Notes under the pieces: model-generated | Databases searched by the model: none | What the model saw: only the letters and a program-made list of their open reading frames with translations | Told to the model about the DNA's origin: nothing | Part shown: positions 1 to 13,150 of the stretch, piece after piece | Position numbering within the stretch: the stretch's first letter is position 1 | Layout of the letters: each line of letters starts with the position of its first letter | Assembly (NCBI RefSeq): GCF_006345805.1 | Contig: NC_043011.1 | Coordinates: 248,001 to 312,000 of the forward strand | Reading direction: 5' to 3' | Length of the DNA stretch: 64,000 bases | Source of the DNA: Octopus sinensis | Lineage: Eukaryota | Program-made: the position numbers and the translations under genes

Positions 1-760
1 AAAAATACCAACTGACACAAACCTTAGCATTTACTTTTTAGACATTAACCTAGATTTAGGATCAGATAGTTTTAAGCCCTTTAGCATACTTAATGAATGA
101 CTATTCTATATTGATAAAGTGTCTGATCATCCATCCGTTATTCTTAGGAATATGGTAAAGAATATAGGAAAGCGCATTTTATAATTGTTATCATTGTCGC
201 GATGCCTTTCCGTATTATTATAATGATTTGCTTAATACTGGGTTCTCAGAGAAAACCTACTCTATTGATAACGGGAGTAACCATTGTAGAGCGTGTAGAA
301 CTAGAACTAGAAAAGCTTTGTGGCATAATCCTACATGTGATATTACCGTTAGAACCAATGTAGGTAGAGCATTTTTAAATCCTTCCCAATCGGTCATAAA
401 TATCATAGCATTTTCAATAGAAGAACGTTAAATGTTAGCTATTCTTGATGCAAACCTTCGCCTCATTTATCAATCAACAGAATGCAACCATTCTTAACAA
501 AACTAACGAGACTATATTTGCATAGGAATTCCTTAAGTATACAGAAAACAGGTCTGCAACGAGCTTGGTCAAATACATATGGCAGTTAAAAGAAGCAGGA
601 ACTTCCTCATTTAAATTTCGTGGCTCGTTTTGGAGAAGGCTACCCCATGCAATCACGGATCATATAGAAACTGAAGGAGATGTCCATTATGTCGGGATAA
701 ACATGCATTAAACCGCAAAATATGCTTCGAGGTAGCGTATGTGCTGCCAGATGAATCCCT
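1..760 (+). pseudogene. Penelope-like element pol, C-terminal fragment (RT thumb, linker, GIY-YIG end), disrupted
   Basis: Manual translation gives FLDINLDLGSDSFKPF, YIDKVSDHPSVILRN, PYYYNDLLNTGFSEK, RKALWHNPTCDITVRTNVGRAFL, SATSLVKYIWQLKE and ISWLVLEKATPCNHGS..RRCPLC. These match PLE RT-thumb and GIY-YIG C-terminal motifs. Stops and frameshifts are present. Confidence 0.8.
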
Positions 761-1217
761 ATGGATCACCTCTTTCGAAGTTGTTATATATTCCTATTTT
801 TATCCCGTACTATCCCACTTTTAAAAAAAGCCATCCTCTTTTATTATAAACGATTTCACTCTTTGATTGTTTGAAACGTTTCTTTGTTTTTTTTTTCTTT
901 TTGTCGCTCTATACAACGTTTCACTCGAGTTGGCTTTTTCCCACCAAACTTAGACGCTTACAATTAAAATGTCCAGAATGAAGTTTTAATAGTATTTTAA
1001 TATCATTGCGTATTTCTGAAGGCCTCGCAATTTCTACTCATTTTCCTCCCATTTTACATTGCTTTATTTCACTTTGTCTTGCACGCTATAGCTAGGACAT
1101 TTTATATATATAATATATATATATATATAGGGAGAGTTTACGAAAAAGAAAAGACGAGGACAGGTGGTGTACAAAACAAACAGATGTATTAGTATAACGC
1201 TCAGGAATAGAAAAAGT

Positions 1218-1253
1218 CTTTTACGTTTCGAGCCTACGCTCTTCTACAGAAAA
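1218..1253 (-). ncRNA. Ultra-minimal hammerhead-like motif (variant core) in a dispersed repeat
   Basis: Minus strand: TTTT CTGTAGA A GAGC GTAG GCTC GAAAC GTA AAAG. Stem II is GAGC/GCTC, stem III the palindrome ACGT, stem I TTT/AAA. The surrounding ~170 bp recurs at about 19810-19980. Confidence 0.45.
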
Positions 1254-1313
1254 GGACACGGAAAAAAAACAAGTAGAGAAAATATTGTGGGTAGTGGCAA
1301 ACGATCTATCATG

Positions 1314-1345
<32 letters not shown>

Positions 1346-1409
1346 CATAAAATTAACAGAATGAGAAAAAATCCAAGGCTGTAAATGATTTAAGAACATT
1401 TATAAAGAG

Positions 1410-1457
1410 GTCTTACAGCTGTTTCCGGGATACTTTATATATCCCTTCATCGGAGAC
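1410..1457 (-). ncRNA. Minimal type I hammerhead ribozyme (U4C variant)
   Basis: Minus strand: GTCT CCGATGA A GGGATA TATAAAG TATCCC G GAAAC AGCT GTA AGAC. Stem I GTCT/AGAC, stem II GGGATA/TATCCC, palindromic stem III ACAGCTGT, GUA cleavage triplet. Confidence 0.7.
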
Positions 1458-1668
1458 GGTGTGAGAAAATGGTTAAGCAATAGTTATTCTAGAGAAGATA
1501 TGAAATATATATATATATATATTATAATAATATTAGGAAATTATACATGTAAACCTTTCCAGTACACGTAAACAATTTCAATTATTTTACTATTTACAAC
1601 TTTTAATCCATCCATATTACTTTCGTTTATCGTTGCATACAACTTGCTTCCCTCCGATTTTTCTTGCT

Positions 1669-1818
1669 TGATGTGTGGTAAGTAGCTTGCTTACCAACCA
1701 CTGGTTCCGGGTTCAGTCCCACTGCGTGGCACCTTGGGCAAGTGTCCTCTACTATAGCCTCTGGGCGACCAAAGCCTTGTGAGTGGATTTGATAGACAAA
1801 AACTGAAAGAAGTCCACC

Positions 1819-1870
<52 letters not shown>

Positions 1871-2102
1871 ATGTGTGTGTGTGTGTGTGTGTATGTGTGT
1901 ATGCTTGGGTGTATGTGTTTGTTCCCCCCCAAATCGCCTGGCAACGGATGGTGGTGTGTTTACGTCCCCGTAACTTAGTGATTCGGCAAAAGAGACCGAT
2001 AGAATAAGTACTAGGCTTACAAAGAATAAGTCCTGGGGTCGATTTGCTCGACCAGAAGCGGTGCTCCAGCATGGCCGCAGTCAAATGACTGAAACACAAA
2101 AG
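1669..2102 (+). mobile_element. tRNA-derived SINE (family 1) with internal microsatellite
   Basis: Head TGTGTGGTAAG...GGTTCAGTCC (A/B-box-like), body GGCACCTTGGGCAAGTGTC, tail GGCGGTGCTCCAGCATGGCCGCAGTC. It recurs many times in the window. Confidence 0.8.
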
Positions 2103-2289
2103 TATATATATTATATATGTATGTGTGTGTGTGTGTGTGTGTATCAAATTAATGCAAACAGCAAATTGCAATGTTTCACCAAAAAGGAGAATTACAAATG
2201 TCAGTAAATGTGACTAAGCTGTTGGGAAACACCTACATTGCTAGAAATAAGAGCTGAAATGCTCTAATGCTGTAATTAACGCACATGAA

Positions 2290-2624
2290 TGAAAACTGTT
2301 GCCCTCATCTGCATTTTCTGCCGATCGGTAGGCTCCCCCGGAACTCTTCACAAGAAGGAAATCCAGCTTTGTTTGGAAGATACATAAATCCATACCATGT
2401 AAGTCACCTAGGCTCTTTCGGAGGGTACTGAAGAGCTTTGGAGACCTTGAAACGCTGGCTCTTACAGTATCTGGTCCTGTCTTTTGATGTTAGATCTTTG
2501 GCACTATGCAGTGACATCCCATTCTGCTGTTTGTGTAAATTTCCACGCCAAAGTTTGGTACAAGTCTTTCCAGGGTTTTCCTGATGAATATCAATGCACA
2601 TCTATCTCGACTTCGTTCTAGGGA

Positions 2625-2625
<1 letters not shown>
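2290..2625 (-). pseudogene. CR1-like LINE ORF2 3' fragment
   Basis: Minus-strand translation RDRCALIFIRKTLERLVPNFGVEIYTNSRMGCHCIVPK..RTRYC. This is the same C-terminal region type as the RT fragment at 35682-36608. Confidence 0.65.
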
Positions 2626-2692
<67 letters not shown>

Positions 2693-2694
2693 CA

Positions 2695-3033
2695 TGGGTA
2701 AAGACGCCCTTCGGGCATTCGGTCGTGAATGACCATAGTTTGAACCTAGAAAGTTCCCCTCCGAGGCACAAGTCTGGGGAAAGTTGTTTGTGGAAGACCT
2801 GCAGTCGCTCATGCACACCAGCCTCCGCCTTCCACGCCACAGATGGAAGGCAAAAGCTGATACAGTTTGGTACCAGTGAGGTGTCAGCTCATTCCGACAG
2901 CTGAGTGGACTGGAGGAACGTGAAATAAAGTGCCTTGCTCAGAAAGCACAACACGCAGTCCGGTCTGGGAATCAAACTCATTACCTCATGATTGCGAGCC
3001 CGACGCTCTAACCAGCGAGATATGCGCCTTCAT
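2695..3033 (-). mobile_element. tRNA-derived SINE (family 2)
   Basis: Minus-strand head GGCGCATATCTCGCTGGTTAGAGCG...GAGTTTGATTCC followed by TGAGCAAGGCACTTTATTTCAC and CCAGTCCACTCAGCTG. A related head lies at about 41445-41580. Confidence 0.7.
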
Positions 3034-3963
3034 AACCACTGCGGCATGCGCTCTTATACACACACACACAAACACACATACACACACACACATACACACA
3101 CACGCGCACACACACACCACACACACATACATACACACACACACACACACACATACACGCACACACATAAATATACACACACACACACACATACACACAC
3201 ACACACACACCACACAGGTATTTTCATAAATATGTGCACATGCGTGGTCCGAATGTCCGTGCATGAATATGCATGTTTATGCATGTGTGAATGTGCGTCT
3301 ATGCCTATGTGCGATTATGTCTGTATAGAAAGTTAATCCTTTTCTAATCCACTTTATAAAATTGATTTAAAGTATTAAGAATGCCATATATATCCGTTTG
3401 TCTTAATTATACATTTATATATACATATATGTGTGTACACATACACACACATGTGTGTACATACAAATCTATCTATCTATATATATATATAAAAGTATAT
3501 GTATGTGCACATATATATATAATATTTGTGTGTATGCACGTATATGCGTATACACACACACACACATATATATATATGCACACACACATACATGTATATA
3601 TATATATATATATACATATGTGTGTGTGTGTGTGCGTGTCTGAAACAGTTAATCAAATACACTTGTGCACACATGCTGTATGTGTGTATTCGTGTTGGAA
3701 TGTCACCACATCTGCTGAGCTAAATGCAATAAGAAACAAGTTATATTTACAGAAAGTCTATCGTTTAAAATAACAAAGAGCTGGAAAAAAAGTAGACGTG
3801 AAATAGATTTACACCCGGTCGCCTACCCGGCCCCTCACCCAAATCGCCCACCCGACTGCCCGGCCACAAGGTGTCCAGCAAGGTGATCTCTAGCACGTGT
3901 ATTAAATACCGCACCAATTAATTGGTACTTGTTACTTCTAGAGGTTTCTTATATATGCATGCT

Positions 3964-3995
<32 letters not shown>

Positions 3996-4163
3996 CACAC
4001 ACACACACACCACACACACATACACACACACACACACACATACACACACACATTCACTCCCTCACAAAGACCTCATACATACAAATAAGCTCATAAGCTT
4101 GGACGAGCAAAATCGACATAGAAGTGTATGAGTGCTCGGCGGAACCGTGTGTGTGTATATACA

Positions 4164-4289
<126 letters not shown>

Positions 4290-4621
4290 CTGGGGGAGGA
4301 TGAAGAGTGAGTGAGTGAGAAGGTGAGAAAATGGACAACCAAATCGGTCATTGTCAATGTTCTTCGTTTCAGAGAAAGTTGGAATGAAAATTTAAGGAGC
4401 CTGGTTCAAACCCGGCCCTCAGCATAAGGTTGGCTGGTCTGCGTTCGTTGTAGGCGCAGGCACAGATGTGTAGTTTAGAAGGTCCGTTGCATCCGCGTGG
4501 ATTCGCGATCAGTCCCAAGGCGTGGCACCCTGGGTAAGAGCTTTCTGCTATAGTTCCTGGCAATGAATCTGGCAGACGGAAACTGTGTGGAAGTCCGTCG
4601 TATGTGGATGTATACATGTAT

Positions 4622-4940
4622 AGGCGTAGGAGTAACTGTGAGGTAAGTAGTTTGCTTAACAACCACATGGCTCCAGGTTCAATCTCACTGCGTGGCACCT
4701 TGGGCAAATGTCTTCTACTATAGCCTCGGGCCGACCAAAGCCTTGTGAGTGGATTTGGTAGACGGAAACTGAAAGAAACCCGTCGTGCATATAGATATGT
4801 ATGTGTGTGTATGTATGTGTGTGTCTGTGTTTGTACTCCCAACATCGCTTGTCAACCGATGCTGGTGTGTTTACGTCCCCGTAACTAGCGGTTCGGCATA
4901 AGAGACCGATAAAATAAGTACTAGGCTTACAAACAATAAA
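4622..4940 (+). mobile_element. SINE family 1 copy
   Basis: Near-identical to 1669-2102 over head and body. A degenerate extra head lies just upstream (about 4455-4605). Confidence 0.8.
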
Positions 4941-5706
4941 CAAAAGATAAACACACATACACACACACACACAGGCACACACACATGAACACACACACAC
5001 ATACACACGCACTCACTCATTCACTCACTCACTCACTCTCTTACACACACTCATATATACGTGCGCAAACACGCACACACCTAAACACGCTCATACTTAC
5101 ACACATGAATGCGAGTGTGTGTGCGTGAATAAAAACGAAATATTCAACCGCGTTCACCAAGAGAGTAAGACATTTATACGTCTCTCTCTGTCTCTCTCCA
5201 TCGCTCTTTCTCTATCCATCACTCTCTCTCTCTCTCTCTCTCTCTCACACATACACTCTCTGTCTTCCTCCCGCTCTCCCTCATTTTGTCACCAACTCAT
5301 ACAACTGTACATATAAAGATACATGCCCACTCTGACATACATCACATAAACACACACACACACACACACACACCACACACACACACACTCACACATCCCA
5401 GGTTACGCACAGGCATACACTTTCTCCTCTGTATTTACTTAAGAGAATCATTTTCCTTTAAACGGCACACGCCTGTTGGAAAGAAAACAGAAAAGAAACA
5501 AAGACTGTTTGAGAAGGAGAGAAGGAGAGAAAAGGAGAACGAACGAACGAGAGAGAGAGAGAGAGAAACATGGAGTATCAAGTAGAAGAATGATAAAAGA
5601 AGTTTTTAAAGTATTTACGAAAAAAACATTGATTTAGGAGAACGTAAGGTGAGCCAGCGAGATCCGTACGATGATACATGTATACAGACATACTGACATG
5701 AGCTTG

Positions 5707-5742
<36 letters not shown>

Positions 5743-5805
5743 CAAACATATACATACGTACGTACATTATATATATATGTATATATGTGTGTGTGTGTGT
5801 GTGTG

Positions 5806-6228
5806 CATGGCGTGGCTGTGTGGTAAGATACTCGCTTCCCAACCACATGGTTCCGAGTTCAGATTCGCTGCGTTGCACCATGGGCAAGTGTCTTCCATTA
5901 TAGCTTCGGGCCGACCAAAGCATTGTGAATGGATTTGGCACATGGAAACTGAGAAGGAATCCGACGTATATAAATACATACATACATACATACATACACA
6001 CATATAATATCGTGTGTCTTCGAGTCTGAGTTTGTCCCCACCATCCGCCGTTTGACAACCGGCGTTGGCTTCTTTACGTCCCCGTAACCTAGCGATTCGG
6101 CAAAATGAGAACGATACAATAAGTACCTCACATAAAAACGAACATGGGTCGAACTGTTCGACTAAACCTGTCAAGGCGGTGGTCCAGCGTCGCTGCAGAC
6201 CAATGACTGAAGCAAGTAAAATATAAAA
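5806..6228 (+). mobile_element. SINE family 1 copy (diverged)
   Basis: GGCGTGGCTGTGTGGTAAG head, same body and tail as 1669-2102. A further partial copy lies at about 6370-6635. Confidence 0.75.
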
Positions 6229-6633
6229 GACACACACACACACATTTTCTATCGAGGGTTTTTGGTTGATTAACGAACCGGACAACCAGTGAATATGAAT
6301 ACTTACATAAATACATACATGCATACATGTGTGTGTGTATATATATATGCACACACACACATATATATATATTGGTGACGGAAACTTGAAGAAGCCCGTT
6401 GCATATATATATATATACATGTGTGTGTATATATTTGTGTGTCTGTATTTATCCCCTCCCCCAACAACATCCGATGCTGGTGCGTTTGCGTCCCTGTAAA
6501 CTAGCGGGTCAGCAAATGAGCCCGATAGAATAAATACATAAGTTCTGGGGTTGATTTGCTCGACTAAAGGCGGTGCTCCAGCATGGCCGCAGTCAAAATG
6601 TCTGGAACAAGTAAAAGAATTAAAAGAATAAAA

Positions 6634-6706
<73 letters not shown>

Positions 6707-6904
6707 TTTCTACAATCTTTCTGTAGCAGAAAGCATTGGCTCGAAACATCAAAGACATTTCAATCTTTCCTGAGCGTCAAATTAATGCACCTTGTTTGTT
6801 TTTCTCACTCCTATCTCAGTCTATTTTTGTACTATTTTGAACTCTGTGTGTGTGAATGTTTGTGTGTGTGTATATATAGTAAGTGTAGATCGTATACGAG
6901 TGGG

Positions 6905-7311
6905 TATATATTTATAAAAAAGAAGTTTGAAAACGCCACTATATAAGGTAAATTTTAATTTTCTTATGAATTTTACATGTTTCGGTTCTTCTTGAAAAAA
7001 CGAACCTTATCAAAAATATTTTTAAAAGTTAAGTGTAATAAAAAAAGTTCATAGTTGTTTCTTACTGGTCTCAACAGAATCCACTTTGTTGCTTTTAGCT
7101 GTCTTATGTTTCCGAATGACACATTTTCAGCCACTGGTCATTCGGACACTGTTGAGACCAGTAAGAAACAATTATGAACTTTTTTATTACACTTAACTTT
7201 TTAAAATATTTTGATAAGGTTCGTTTTTTCAAGAAGAAATGTAAAATTTCTAAGAAAATTAAAATTTATCTCATATAGTTGCGTTTTCAAACTTCTTTTT
7301 TATAAATATAT
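6905..7311. repeat. AT-rich foldback element, ~170-bp imperfect inverted arms
   Basis: The left arm TATTTATAAAAAAGAAGTTTGAAAACG...CTTACTGGTCTCAACAG is the reverse complement of the right arm CTGTTGAGACCAGTAAG...CGTTTTCAAACTTCTTTTTTATAAATA. The spacer holds the hairpin TCCGAATGAC/GTCATTCGGA. Confidence 0.85.
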
Positions 7312-7358
7312 GTATGTATACATATATATGTATATGTATAAGTATATGTATATGTATG

Positions 7359-7429
<71 letters not shown>

Positions 7430-7460
7430 TATATACATATATATATATACATATACATAT

Positions 7461-7496
<36 letters not shown>

Positions 7497-8053
7497 GCAT
7501 ATATACATATTGATAAGATAAGTTCAATGAAAGAATGGTCATTTATTCCTTTAGTTGATCGGTGTTTCTTAATGCATTTTAGTTACACCAACGCTACATC
7601 ATCCTCCACACACGTAAGGCTACACACACACATATATATATATGTATATATATATATAGTCACCTATATATATGTGTGTGTGTGGTGTGCTGTAACATTA
7701 CGAACAGCCTACTCTCCAGAAGACTTCATGACAGGTAAAGCCATCAACTCTTCCACTAAGAACAAATAGTTTCATTATATGCTCATAGACACAAAGAATG
7801 AGCGGATGAAGCAACGTCGATTATGTAACCAGCATGGATCATGAAACAACTATCCACTAATGGATTAAACCTTTGTTCTCTCATTTCACTTCTCTTATTT
7901 GGTCAATATTTATCCATTGCGATTCTTGGATTTTCATAACGACGCTCAGGATACATCCTAGCCTTAACTACGGGCTTTCTTGATAGCCATGCTCCGGGCG
8001 GAGAGCTTACTGTGCGTTTTACTTGATGCTTTGAATCCCTATTTTTGTTTTAC

Positions 8054-8095
<42 letters not shown>

Positions 8096-8097
8096 AC

Positions 8098-8146
<49 letters not shown>

Positions 8147-8812
8147 TTATATGTATGTGTATGTACGCAAGTATGTATATATATATAAACACACATTCCT
8201 ATGTGTACACACTCATTAGTGTGAATGTCAATTAACTTTAACAAACGGGTCACTGATTTACTTTAAGTTGTTCGCACCATGTTTCTCCCTCTTAGTCTCT
8301 TAATCTCTCTCTCTGTCACTCCTTCACCTCCCCCTCACACTACTCCCTCTTTTATCCTTCTCCCTCTACATAATCCACGCTGTTTCCTCCTCTCTATCTC
8401 GTCCGATTTCTTCCCTTCACCCTGTTGTAATGGTTTAATGAAAACGGTCAGTCACTCAGCTTAAAGTCTTTTTTATTTCACTCTCGAAAATTGAGATTTA
8501 AATGTTTAAAAGAACATTTTTTTTTTAAAGCAAAATGAAAATGAAAAAATAACAAAACGGAAAATAAATTGAATAAACTAAAAAGCCAACAACAAAAAAG
8601 GAAACATCACCATTACCACCCCCACACCACTAACAACAGCAACAACAACAGCAATGACGAAGACGAGGTCGACGACGAACGGAAAACACGAAGGACAAGG
8701 TGTAGACTGTGTTTAATCAACTCTGGAGCGAGTTTCGACCGGAAGTACGAAGGTACTAATGAAGTATTTCGCAAATAATGAAGCGATTCTGACAGGAAAT
8801 GGTATCACTGTG

Positions 8813-8886
<74 letters not shown>

Positions 8887-9429
8887 TATGGAGGGGATGA
8901 TTAATGTGTTGGTTGTGAAGAAGGAACATTGTGTGATGAGAATGAGTCCAGTTTTAAGGCCAAGATGTATGTGTGACTTTGAGAGCAACAAGTTATTGGC
9001 AGTCAAATACGATGCAATAAAGGTGATGAGGAAAAAGATAAGGAGACATTCTCGAGATTTGTTGGGCTCAGGTGACGGGGAAATGATTCAGTATAAACGG
9101 TTTCTTTGATGGACGGATTCGAAAACAATTGCATTTACAGAAAAGTAGAGAAAGAAATAGTTATAACAATACGATGTATATATATATGTATATATATATA
9201 TATGTATATATATAATCTTAATTATATTTAATTTATATAAAATTTTTTATGTATTGGATTAAGTCTTTCTTTGTTTGATTTGCATAATAGTGGTTTTGTC
9301 TCTAATTAATATTATATTATATTTTACTATAAAATTGGATTCAATCATAAATCTGATTTTTCCCTGTAAATTTGGATTTATTCCCTAATATTTATTATTA
9401 TATATATATGTATATATATATGAAATAAA

Positions 9430-9665
9430 ATACAAAATGGGACAAGAACGCAAAACATCCAGATAGACGATACAAAATAACAAGGACAGGTCATTCGAAG
9501 CCTTGTATCCTCAGTCAAGAACCGGATCATCCTCGCAATTTCGGCTGATTAATCTTGAGATTGCTCCATTCTGGCCAGCCCCAAGGAAAAACTAAGCTAG
9601 AGCATTAGATTCCATGGAAAAAAAGCATCGAATGTATACGAAAACAAGGACGGAAAAACAGAAAT
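9430..9665. repeat. Dispersed repeat (family J), also at about 35590, 51240, 51990, 52760 and 56480
   Basis: Shared GGGACAAGAACGCAAAA...GAACCGGATCATC...AATTTCGGCTG...GGCCAGCCCCAAGGAAAAA blocks. Confidence 0.75.
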
Positions 9666-11122
9666 ATATATATATATATTTCTGTGTATATGTGTATATG
9701 GAAGCTATTCATGTCAGTTCGGTGTTGAATCCCGTCTGTGCCTTCGAACTATAGCAGTTCTAATAAGCCTTTTTTATTCTCTTAATTAAAACCTTCAGTT
9801 CCAGAAAGACCCACAGCCATACATTGACTTATCAGTCAGCACCGCGATGCGGTTTCGTTTCTCAGTCTGGAAAGGGAATGATTTTTTTTTGTCAATTGTT
9901 ATATTTGGTGTAGTAGTGAACAATGTAGTCAGTGTTGGGGTCGGTGGTAGCGATAGTGCTGGTGGTGAGGTGTTGGCATTGGAGTTGATGATGATGGTGT
10001 GTAGGTGATGGTTGCAACGGGGTAGCCCTTTGTGTTGGTGCTGGTGGTAGTGATTGTAGTAGACAATAGGGTAATAGAGATGGTGAGGGTGGGGGTTATG
10101 GCGGTGGTGGACGTGATCCATGAATTTACGCCTTTTTACATTCCCAGTTCGAATTCTGTAAAGATTAACTTTGTGCTTTAAGCCTTGAGGGGGTCATCAT
10201 AATAGAAAGTTCCAGGGAATATTCTGGATCGATATAATCAAACAGTATGAGACGCGGTGCTTATTTAGAAATTGATAGGGCTAGTGTCTCTTCGGAAGAC
10301 ATGAAAGCCACAACATCTCGTCTTCTTTCTCACCTTCCATGTTTTAGTATTGATTCATATTTAAATAAAAAAACCTTTTAGTTGTCTTCTCTTGTTTCAG
10401 GCGACGACAAAAGCAGCAGGGGTGAGGGGTGGGGGGAGTCGTCGTTGTTGTCATCACCGGTTGTTCTTGCTAATGTTTTTGTTGTTGTTGTTGTTGTTTT
10501 TATTACCTCGGTCATAACATGCAGCCTATGTTACGGATCACATAACAGATAATGTATCGTTAATAAGAACGGTTAAGTTAGTCCCCCGCCCCCACCCTCC
10601 GGTCTCATGGGGTGCGATAGTAGGGTGGGTTGAAAGTAGAGTGGTGCTGAGACTGCAGCTAGGGTGGATGTGTAAGCAGGGGGATAAGAAGGTAGGTAGG
10701 AGATTAGAGCGGAGAGTGTTGGCGGGGTAGATTGGAGGCGTGAAAGACGAGATGGAAGGTGCGTTGATGGACGTGCGTCTGCTCGTGTATGAGTATATAT
10801 GCATGTAAGTGTGTATATATATATATATATATGTACATGTGCGTATGTATGTATGTATATATGTGTAAGTGTGTAGACATAATGTCTTTGGTCAAGTGGT
10901 CAGTGGTAAAGGCAGCGAAAGTGTTTATGAAAGCCACATCAAGCCACACCACCCTGAACCTATACTCCAAGGTCACCTTATCAGTCAAATAAACTGCCAA
11001 TTATCATATTAGCCTTCATTATTAACAGCCCTAATTCCCCCGCCTCTTCTCATCACTACCCTCACACCCTCCTCATCCAGATTTAGTTCCTTTATCACGC
11101 CATCTTCTTGACAATGCAATCA

Positions 11123-12040
11123 TAATAATAATAATAATAATAATCTTTTCTTTATTGGTCACACGGGCCGAACTCAGAACAAATAGGGACAATATAACAA
11201 GAGGGTCAAGTGGGGTCAAGTGGGGTTAAGCACAATATTTGTGTACAGAATAAACAACAATAACAATTAACAAAATTAAACCATAAATTTCCCCCAAAAT
11301 GGGCAGAGTTCTTGTCAGAGCCAACCAAGGAATCCCACACAACCCCGACCGCCAAGGGCACCTCACTCCCTCTCGATTCTTTCGGCCTACAAGCGCATGT
11401 TCAGAGTAGGACCATTCACACAGGCCATACTCGTCATATTCACCCACCTTTCAACAAAAATACTGTGAGGCAGCACTTCTCTCTCTCTCCGCCTTCATTT
11501 TCCTTTTCAAGCGGATCTTGAAAAAGCCGATGAGGGCTTGGCCGAAGAGGAAAGAATCTGTCTTTAGAATTTTCAACCTCATCCACCACATTCATTCCCC
11601 ATAGCCATTAGGCAGAGAAAAGATGCCTTCCCTTCCCAGTCAAAAGAAGGTAGCGGGGCAATCTTCACGATGGGTTCGGCTGATACCCGTATCCGTCCTA
11701 CGCGCATCAGCAGCTGTCCGATAAAGGTCTACAAGTCAGCAATGCCCGGGGATTGGACAAGTGCATGCAGAACGGTTTCTTCGCCCTGCGCACATCCTGG
11801 TGTAGAGCTTGTCTCGATCCGGCAGAGCTCTCAGGCAGCACTGCCAGGCCAGGTATTTCTGAAAATTATATATGGGCCCTTTCCCAAAAGACCCCGGAAA
11901 AGACCAGCTAGTTGATCCCTCCCGAAGTCTAGAGTCTCCTAGAGCACGTCGTCTTTCTAGCCCGCCATAATCCCCTATAGAACTGCAATGTGGAACTTCC
12001 AACGACCGCAATGATATATTGTTTATTAACCACAAAGGGT
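11123..12040 (-). mobile_element. L1/Tx1-type LINE 3' fragment with polyA signal and (ATT)n tail
   Basis: Minus-strand NFQKYLAWQCCLRALPDRDKL...KIRLKRKMKAERE (ORF2 zinc-knuckle and C-terminal region), then AATAAA at 11151-11156 and an (ATT)n tail at 11123-11144. Confidence 0.7.
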
Positions 12041-12419
12041 TCATAAAAACAATGGTGACGATGCAATATGGAGTTAATAATTTCTGATTTAGGAAGATTT
12101 GGAGGATGGGGTGAGTCGCTTCGACCGAACCAGTAACTGACCGGTACCGGATTTATTGACCCCGAAAGGATGAAAGCTGACTTGGAGCGAATTTCAACTG
12201 ATTCCGCCTTTCCACGATAATAGTCTCTATTGTAGGTGTAATTCCAGCCATTTTGATAACATCAAGAGAGAATAGTTAAAATGGAGGGATGGGCGGGGAG
12301 AGAGCGCAAAATGATTCGAAACAACGACCCACACAACACACAGCCTGACATCATTCTGGACCCATAAAACAAATTACATCTCCCAGATCGCGCCATCTAC
12401 AACAACATGATGGAAGTCC

Positions 12420-12470
12420 ATTGAGCTATTTTCACCGTTCCCATTCACAGTTCGTAAACTTTACTGGCGG

Positions 12471-12512
<42 letters not shown>

Positions 12513-13150
12513 ACCTCATCTGGTTCGAAAAAGATGAAAGTTTAACCGAGGTGGGGGGGGGACGGTGCTGTGGTAAAGCTCCGTCCAGAAAACTCTCAAC
12601 CGCACCCATCCCACACACCTTCTTTCATCACGGCCACCAGACAGGAAAACCATTTTCCACTCTTGTTTGGTAGAAGACAAAAGTTCGATCTCCATGTTAG
12701 ACTCTGCAGACAGTTGGATCCATTCCACATGTAACTCTTTTTCTCTTTTGTCTGTTTCAACCTGCGAGTTGTGGCCATGCTGCAGCACTGTTCAGCATAA
12801 ACCCTCAAATCAACAATTCATGGACATTGAATGAATGTACGTGGATGGTTTCATCACATTTTACATAGGGTCACTTGCTAGTGGTTCCAGTATGGCCATC
12901 CCTTTAGAGTTTAACCCGAATAGGTAGGCCCTCCTCCCCTGTAGCACTGTCGAGCCAAGGAATTTTGGAAATTCTCCTCAATTTCATGGGCTGAAAGTTT
13001 CTTCAGAAGGAATCCTTAAGACAGTGTCACCGATGGCTAGAATCACTCGAAGGCCATAATCGCCCAACTGGGATCAAGGCAGATCTCTGGGTCAGACCGC
13101 GTGGTTCCGTGGATTATTAAATAGGATTACTGGATTAAGGCTATCCTAGG
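12420..13150 (-). pseudogene. Second L1/Tx1-type ORF2 3' fragment
   Basis: Minus-strand NFQNSLARQCYRG...FIQCP..DLRVYAEQ...VAVMKEGVW. It is homologous to the same region at 11.5-12.0 kb but diverged. Confidence 0.6.

Noticed and set aside
12990-13010. CTGAAGA...GAAA on the minus strand
   Set aside because: It lies inside L1 coding sequence with no pairing stems, so it is a chance match.
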